This document shows positions 58,464 through 64,000 of a stretch of 64,000 bases of DNA, piece after piece. Position 1 is the first letter of the stretch. Each line of letters opens with the position of its first letter. The DNA comes from a virus, in IMG/VR virus record IMGVR_UViG_3300001450_000023, positions 1 to 64,000 of that record, one strand, 5' to 3'. The notes under the pieces are model-generated. The model saw only the letters and a program-made list of their open reading frames with translations. It did no database searches and was not told the DNA's origin. The translations under genes and the position numbers were made by a program.

Positions 58464-58669
58464 GGATTTTGATATTTAATAGTATCTATTTCAATAGTAT
58501 CTATTTTAATACTATCTATTTTTTTAGCATTTCTCATAATTTGTATTACATCTATATCAAGCACATCTAATTTTGTATTATTATATCCATCTGTAAAACA
58601 AGACTGTAGTAATACAAATAATAATATAATAGTTTTAAGTTTAATTAATTTTGGTAAATAATGTTTCAT
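58460..58669 (-). CDS. Small lipoprotein (possible o-spanin)
   Basis: Signal peptide with lipobox-like LLQSC; adjacent to holin-like genes. Confidence 0.5.
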   Translation of the reverse strand: MKHYLPKLIKLKTIILLFVLLQSCFTDGYNNTKLDVLDIDVIQIMRNAKKIDSIKIDTIEIDTIKYQNP

Positions 58670-58703
58670 TTTTTGGGTTTTATAGATTAAATAAAGTTTA
58701 ATT

Positions 58704-59918
58704 TTATCCTAAAGTTAAATAGCAACATGGTGCTCCATGTCCTGTGTATGGAAAAATTGAAAGCACTCCTGCAGCTATTGTTGCTGGTAATGTTGCTGTA
58801 TAAGTATAAGAGTTGTTATATAAATAAAAACCACTTTTATTAAGACTACCAGTCTGAAAACCAGGAAGCATATTTTGTAAATATTGCACATAATGCCCTG
58901 AAATATTAGTCTGTGCCCCATCTCCTAACATTGCCATCATATAGACTCCTTGTTCAAGTTTTTGAGTACTCCCTAAAGCAACTGATTGCATCCCTGTAAC
59001 TCCATTTGTAAATGGACCAACTTGTACAACCTTAGTCCAACTATCACTAGCATATACATATTTATATATACCACCAACAATATCATGTGCCATTGATGCA
59101 CTTGATTGTATTCCAATGTGTGTTACATTCATTTCTCCTCCTACCCAAAATAAGAGTCCATACCAATAGTTAGCAGTCATTGTAAATGCATTATAACTAT
59201 TAGTTGCTGTACCATTTCCACAAGGTAATACATTACCTTTTACTCTTATATCAGCAGAAGTTCCTCCTAAGAATGTAGCTATATCTCCTTTCTTCAATGT
59301 CCCTGAGTCATTGAGCAATACCTCCATTCCAGAAGCAGGTGTAACACTTGCTTTTCCTGTAATTGCAGCGGGAGCAACACTTAATGTAAGATCACTAGCA
59401 TTTTCTGTTATTGTTAATTCTGTAGAATTAACTTTTTTAAATTCAAAGTCTACTCCACTTTTTTGCTTATACCAACCTGCTCCAGAACCTACATTACTTA
59501 CAGTATTTGTTTCCCCTGCTGCAGCTGCTATTGTTATATCATTAGTGTTATTAGTTAGTGTAACATTTGTGCCTCCAATTAATGACTTAAATTCTAAATC
59601 TTCAAGAACTTTTTGCTTAAATACTCCAGAGCCACCACCAACATTTGAAGCAGTATTTGCTTCACCACCTGTATGACTAGAAGATGCAAAATATAATAAA
59701 GAATTAGCTTTGTTTAGTGTAACACCATTTTGTATAATTACTACTTTATCATTATTTATAGCATCTCCTAAAGAGTCTGCTTTAGCAATATCAGAAAAAG
59801 AAAAATCATCGGTAACAGGATATTCTTCACCATATGATATTGTTTTATTTAGCTCTTTTATATAAACTACTTGTTTAGTAGTAGAAACATTTTTTAATTT
59901 TACTTTTCCTGCACTCAT
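58704..59918 (-). CDS. Tail fibre / receptor-binding protein
   Basis: G/T/S-rich; two GE.NT.SNVG.G.G..KQK....EFK repeats; beta-rich C-terminal domain. Confidence 0.7.
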   Translation of the reverse strand: MSAGKVKLKNVSTTKQVVYIKELNKTISYGEEYPVTDDFSFSDIAKADSLGDAINNDKVVIIQNGVTLNKANSLLYFASSSHTGGEANTASNVGGGSGVFKQKVLEDLEFKSLIGGTNVTLTNNTNDITIAAAAGETNTVSNVGSGAGWYKQKSGVDFEFKKVNSTELTITENASDLTLSVAPAAITGKASVTPASGMEVLLNDSGTLKKGDIATFLGGTSADIRVKGNVLPCGNGTATNSYNAFTMTANYWYGLLFWVGGEMNVTHIGIQSSASMAHDIVGGIYKYVYASDSWTKVVQVGPFTNGVTGMQSVALGSTQKLEQGVYMMAMLGDGAQTNISGHYVQYLQNMLPGFQTGSLNKSGFYLYNNSYTYTATLPATIAAGVLSIFPYTGHGAPCCYLTLG

Positions 59919-59920
59919 AG

Positions 59921-60325
59921 CTAATTATATTGTGATAAGTAATTAGTTATCATATCTAAATATTTAGTTTTCCTTTGTTGTGTAAATACAGTATCAGTAA
60001 CCATATTTTTAATATGATACTGTACACTTGTAACTGCACCTACTTGTGCAAAACTTAATGTTGTTGTAAACTTAGCCATTAAAATTTCTCCTTGTTCAGC
60101 AGTTACTTCAGCAATCCTGTTGTCTTGTAAAAAAATAGTTATTAAGCTATCACAAAAATCAATATCTGATCCCAACCTTTCTGCTGGTGTAGTAGGTACA
60201 TAAGGATATAAATATTCTACTGAATACCCTGTCCCTAAACTGTCAGCCTTAGCCTGAGCTTCTGTTATATTATTAAATTTAGATATAACTTGCCAACCTT
60301 CTTTATATATTTTGTAGTAATTCAT
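59921..60325 (-). CDS. Putative tail fibre assembly/accessory protein
   Basis: 134 aa between two fibre-like paralogs. Confidence 0.4.
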   Translation of the reverse strand: MNYYKIYKEGWQVISKFNNITEAQAKADSLGTGYSVEYLYPYVPTTPAERLGSDIDFCDSLITIFLQDNRIAEVTAEQGEILMAKFTTTLSFAQVGAVTSVQYHIKNMVTDTVFTQQRKTKYLDMITNYLSQYN

Positions 60326-60329
60326 TTAT

Positions 60330-60998
60330 TTATGCCATTAATAAAAAACATCCTGGTATATCATCACCTAATGAACCACCTGCAGAAATTGCACTTTGAG
60401 CTAAACTAGTTGGCATAGTAGCAGAATAACTACCTGAAATAAAAAAATAAAATGAAGGCCTCGCAGCACCTGCTGAAAGTTGACCTGCAAAATTACCTAA
60501 GTTATTTACATCATATCCACTAACATCTGTTTGTACACCATCTGCAGTTATAGCTGTAGCATATAATCCTTGCTCTATAGTAATTAAACTACCTGTTACA
60601 TCTATTGAAATTATACCACTACCTCCTGTAGTAAATGGGCCAACTTGAGTCACTTTATTCCATTGATCATTACCATAATCATATTTATATACACCTGCTA
60701 CTATATTATGACTTAATTCACCATTAGTATGAATTCCTATTTTTGAAAAACTTATTTTACCTGGAAGAAAAAATGGAGTTAAATAAAGAGTACCATCAGT
60801 AGTAGCTGTATCACCATTTGTAAAAGCACTAGCTGTCATTGCTGCTGGGTATACTCTTGCTCCTTTTGTTTGCATAGCTGATGCAACCTCAACTACATCT
60901 ACTCTACTAGTTAAGCTAGTAAATTTAGTTTTTAAACTTAAAACTTCACTAATTACCCAACTTAATCTTCTTTGTATATCTTTTAATAATTTTCTCAT
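60330..60998 (-). CDS. Short fibre/spike protein, paralog of the 58704 C-terminal domain
   Basis: N-terminal coiled coil; KIGIH...HNIVAGVYKY...W.KV.QVGPFT shared with the 404-aa fibre. Confidence 0.65.
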   Translation of the reverse strand: MRKLLKDIQRRLSWVISEVLSLKTKFTSLTSRVDVVEVASAMQTKGARVYPAAMTASAFTNGDTATTDGTLYLTPFFLPGKISFSKIGIHTNGELSHNIVAGVYKYDYGNDQWNKVTQVGPFTTGGSGIISIDVTGSLITIEQGLYATAITADGVQTDVSGYDVNNLGNFAGQLSAGAARPSFYFFISGSYSATMPTSLAQSAISAGGSLGDDIPGCFLLMA

Positions 60999-60999
60999 T

Positions 61000-61950
61000 T
61001 TATAAACATGTTGCTTCAGTAGAACAATATATTCTAATGTAGTGAATTAATAAATTTCTTTTTGCATCATTACAACAATCTAAACCATAAATCATGGCAT
61101 CATGTTGTTTTTTTACTTCTAATATAACATTGCAAGTATCTTCTGTAGGATCACATGCAGTAGATGTTGTACAAGGTGCTACATGACAATTTATATATTG
61201 CTCTGCTTCAATACAAGATTCATTACCATTAACATCAACTTCACAAACTTTTACTTTATATAAACCAGGAATAAGTTGTGTTAAAGCAAATAAACTATTT
61301 AATTTTAATTGTCCAGCAGCTGCTTGCACTACATTTGCAGGAGGATTAGTTGCAGGTGTTGTTAATGGAAAAGATATTGGACTAGCAAAAGTTCCATCCC
61401 AGCCACAAGTTATTGTTGTATCTTGTGCTATTGTTAAATTACCAGCATATTTAAAACCTGCAGTAGTTGTTATTTCTATAGAAAATGCTTGTGAAGCATT
61501 TGCTTTATCTGTAGATATTACAAAGTTAGCAAGACTTGATTGAACTGTAAAAGCATGTGTTTGCAATGCTGCACCAAATGTATTAAATTTAATACCACTA
61601 ACTAAGTTACCATTTATACCATCTAGTTGAACAGTATATTTATTTTTTGCACCAGATGTTTGATGAGTACAACTTTTTTTAGTTATACCAAATACATAAG
61701 TAGGAGCAATCTCTACAGTATCACTACCAGCAGCCCCAGCAGTATTTCTACAATCTCTAGAGTATGTAATAGTATATTTTTTTACATCTTTAAAATCTTT
61801 TGATGTAGTATCAAAGATATTTGTAATATAGTCAAATTCAGGGACAGGTGATTCAAGAACAGCATGTACAGTAGTACATCTAGTTAACCTATTAGTAGTA
61901 TATCCAGTATTTATAATTATTAATTGACCTGAAGTTGATTTTACAGTCAT
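61000..61950 (-). CDS. Cys-rich virion structural protein
   Basis: Beta-rich, C-terminal YGLDCC; structural operon position. Confidence 0.55.
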   Translation of the reverse strand: MTVKSTSGQLIIINTGYTTNRLTRCTTVHAVLESPVPEFDYITNIFDTTSKDFKDVKKYTITYSRDCRNTAGAAGSDTVEIAPTYVFGITKKSCTHQTSGAKNKYTVQLDGINGNLVSGIKFNTFGAALQTHAFTVQSSLANFVISTDKANASQAFSIEITTTAGFKYAGNLTIAQDTTITCGWDGTFASPISFPLTTPATNPPANVVQAAAGQLKLNSLFALTQLIPGLYKVKVCEVDVNGNESCIEAEQYINCHVAPCTTSTACDPTEDTCNVILEVKKQHDAMIYGLDCCNDAKRNLLIHYIRIYCSTEATCL

Positions 61951-61959
61951 TTTATTTTT

Positions 61960-62520
61960 TTAAGTACAATTACATAAACAAGTTTCTGTATTATTTAGTA
62001 TGTTATACAACTTTGAATAAAGAGAACATAATTCATCACAATTACAATTGCAATTACTACCATTCACTAAACCAAAGTGTAACAAATGTGCTTCAACATC
62101 AGCAGGAGTTTTTAGAAGATTTTTTACATATTTAGCAACTTCACAAGAAGTAGAACAATCCATAAAGAAACAATTACTTTCTGTTGTTATAGGTGCTCCT
62201 CCAGATTCAATTTGAGTAATTACAACTTTGTATACTCCATCAGGAAATACTGTTGTTCCTGTACCTAATACACCAGGTAATATTTTAATTATTTTATCTT
62301 CAATACTATAATTAGTACCATCAACAGGTACTTTAGTGCCAGCATCTTGTAATATTGTTATAGGAAAACCTGTACAATCACAACAATTTTTAAATATAGT
62401 AAATTCAATTGTAGCACCTGTTGGGATTGCAGTTCCAGAACCTGTACCTGCAGCATTAAGAATAGTTTGAGTTACTATTAGTTGTGTGCAGTCTGCATTT
62501 TTAGATATTGTTAAAGCCAT
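61960..62520 (-). CDS. Cys-rich virion structural protein (crAss post-capsid gene cluster)
   Basis: FPDGVYKV, CNCNCDELC, CLCNCT. Confidence 0.6.
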   Translation of the reverse strand: MALTISKNADCTQLIVTQTILNAAGTGSGTAIPTGATIEFTIFKNCCDCTGFPITILQDAGTKVPVDGTNYSIEDKIIKILPGVLGTGTTVFPDGVYKVVITQIESGGAPITTESNCFFMDCSTSCEVAKYVKNLLKTPADVEAHLLHFGLVNGSNCNCNCDELCSLYSKLYNILNNTETCLCNCT

Positions 62521-62521
62521 G

Positions 62522-62920
62522 TTATAATATTATTATTTTACCTGTAAAGTCTATTTTATTTAAATTAATAATTTCTATATCCCCCTTCTTAGATAAATTG
62601 ATAATTACATCATTGCTAATATCTATAAAATTCTTTGTCCCTTTATAAATTTGAATTAAGGGATTCTTTCCTTTATTGTGTTCTTTTTGTTTAATATATA
62701 TCTTTTTTTCTTGCCAGTCAGCTATTGAAAAGTTAAGTATATATTTTAATTTTTTCCATGAGATTAGACTATTATTAATACCTAATATATCATCTTCATT
62801 ACCTTCTTTTAAAATACTAAGAAATTGTTTTATTAACTCTTTATTCTTAGTACTAAAATAGTTTATCTTTTTTTTAATTACTTCTATCTCTTCTATTACA
62901 TTGTATATTTTTCTTTTCAT
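62522..62920 (-). CDS. Hypothetical protein
   Basis: 132-aa Lys/Ile-rich ORF; HNKGKNPLIQIY resembles phage fibre-associated beta modules. Confidence 0.5.
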   Translation of the reverse strand: MKRKIYNVIEEIEVIKKKINYFSTKNKELIKQFLSILKEGNEDDILGINNSLISWKKLKYILNFSIADWQEKKIYIKQKEHNKGKNPLIQIYKGTKNFIDISNDVIINLSKKGDIEIINLNKIDFTGKIIIL

Positions 62921-62931
62921 GTATAGAAATT

Positions 62932-62969
62932 AAAAAAAAGAATTAGAGGGCATAACCCCCTAATTCTCT
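62932..62969 (-). terminator. Intrinsic terminator after the capsid-associated gene
   Basis: Minus strand agaattaggggg-ttat-gccctctaattct followed by a T run. Confidence 0.75.
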
Positions 62970-62985
62970 TATATGTTAAAGATTA

Positions 62986-63999
62986 TTAACAAGCACAATC
63001 ATCAGCAGTTGGTTCTATTACTGTAAAACCATTACCCGCACTTGTAGGAGTTACACCAGCTTGTTGAGTAACAGCAGCATCAAGTACTGTTAACAAAGCT
63101 GCACCAGCTTTCCCATCTATTTCACCACAAGGAAATACAAATTTGGTATTGAAATGATTTTCATAATCTAACCATCCACCATTTGAACTTACATCATAAG
63201 TAAGATCTACCATATGGTAATTAAGGCTTTTATCAATTACACTATTGAAATCTGAAAAAGCAACTCCAATCAAATCACCTGTTCTATAAACACCAGGTTT
63301 TCCAATAAAGCCACCAACTTCATATTCAATGTGTGCAAGATCATAACCAGCTCCTTCTCTCATTACAGGATCAGTAGTAGTTACAATTGTACCAGTACAT
63401 GCAAATCCAGTTTCTGCCACTTTAGAAACAACCATTAATGGAGTTCTTTGTTGGTAGTATTTAGTGTTAACATTACAGTAGCTATTAATAGCTTGAGTAA
63501 CACCAGTTAATCTTAGTGAAGGACATCCATCACCATGGGTTGCTTTGAATCCAGTAGCAGCATCTGTAAGGTCAGTAATTGTAGTTGTTTTTATTTTATC
63601 ACTATCATCAGCAGTAAATCCAGCAGCACCAGTAACAATACCAGAACTTACTGTTTTAATACCAGCAAATGCTGCACCTGCCATTGTAATTTTTACTGTA
63701 TCAACACCATCACTTTTTGCTGAAAAACCTGAAGTAGCATTAATTGCAACAGCTGCTTTATTAGCTATAGCTAATTTGCTATCACCATTTAAAACATCCC
63801 AAGCAATATCAATTCCATCAAGAGTTGCTTTTACAGTACCATTTCCAGTAACTGCAGCAGTATATTTAATACTACCAATATTTGCCCATGCAGAAGCAGT
63901 TACTAAACCATCTTCATCACCATTGATATCTGCAATTAGAAGTCTTGTAAGTTCTGCACAGTTTCCTGTACCACAACTTTCACAACCATCACAACATGC
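62986..63999 (-). CDS. Auxiliary capsid protein-like (crAss gene downstream of the major capsid protein); 5' truncated by the window edge
   Basis: Frame stays open upstream of ATG 63684 to the window end (ACCDGCESCGTGNCAELTRLLIADIN...); EGAGYDLAHIEYE motif; followed by a terminator. Confidence 0.6.
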   Translation of the reverse strand, partial: ACCDGCESCGTGNCAELTRLLIADINGDEDGLVTASAWANIGSIKYTAAVTGNGTVKATLDGIDIAWDVLNGDSKLAIANKAAVAINATSGFSAKSDGVDTVKITMAGAAFAGIKTVSSGIVTGAAGFTADDSDKIKTTTITDLTDAATGFKATHGDGCPSLRLTGVTQAINSYCNVNTKYYQQRTPLMVVSKVAETGFACTGTIVTTTDPVMREGAGYDLAHIEYEVGGFIGKPGVYRTGDLIGVAFSDFNSVIDKSLNYHMVDLTYDVSSNGGWLDYENHFNTKFVFPCGEIDGKAGAALLTVLDAAVTQQAGVTPTSAGNGFTVIEPTADDCAC

Positions 64000-64000
64000 T

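Noticed and set aside
58704-60998. Diversity-generating retroelement acting on fibre genes
   Set aside because: No reverse transcriptase and no near-identical TR/VR pair differing at adenines; similarity is only at the level of old paralogy
62986-63684. ATG 63684 as the start of a 232-aa protein
   Set aside because: The frame stays open to the window edge, so the gene is 5'-truncated and longer
2317-63723. Many short antisense or nested ORFs in the track (e.g. 2317-2583, 14466-14825, 26253-26603, 48987-49295, 59311-59676)
   Set aside because: They overlap well-supported genes on the opposite strand or frame and have shadow-ORF composition
1-64000. Alternative genetic code (TAG or TGA recoding known in some crAss-like phages)
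   Set aside because: Very long ORFs (up to 4919 aa) are intact under the standard code and genes tile densely; TAG and TGA act as real stops (e.g. 18324, 12268)
1-64000. tRNA genes, integrase or prophage boundaries
   Set aside because: No cloverleaf with a T-loop GTTCRA recognised by eye in the intergenic gaps, no recombinase and no host genes; tRNAscan-SE would be needed to exclude tRNAs formally

Overview
A 64 kb AT-rich fragment (roughly 25-30% GC by eye) of a crAss-like (Crassvirales-type) podophage, probably infecting an aquatic Bacteroidota host. It uses the standard genetic code. Two arms converge on a terminator at about 22.87 kb. The plus arm (1-22.8 kb) holds early genes with structured intergenic regions, then the replication and recombination genes: family B DNA polymerase, SF2 helicase, DnaB-like helicase, AAA ATPase, spore photoproduct lyase, SSB-like protein, primase, Holliday junction resolvase, exonuclease, RadC-like JAB, GH73 muramidase, a stand-alone class II aaRS-like ligase and dUTPase. 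The minus arm (64-22.9 kb) holds the virion genes: auxiliary capsid-like protein, Cys-rich tail proteins, fibres, holin-like proteins, ring and tubular proteins, IHF-like protein, tail stabilisation (muzzle) protein, ejected cargo proteins, and a 4919-aa virion RNA polymerase polyprotein with a DFDID active site. The main candidate system is a complete ubiquitin-like conjugation cassette coupled to the primase gene (12265-15706): a Ubl ending at Gly76 and fused to a C-terminal extension, an E2-like protein, a JAB peptidase and a ThiF/E1 enzyme. Other notable signals are a PHPT1/Janus-like phosphohistidine phosphatase domain, a non-AUG start for the lyase, an ART-like domain and repeated FSP boundary motifs in the RNAP polyprotein, YxxGG-delimited modules in a cargo protein, extreme CpG depletion, candidate structured RNAs and a repeated early promoter-like motif. 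All assignments come from motif recognition by eye; no database searches were run.
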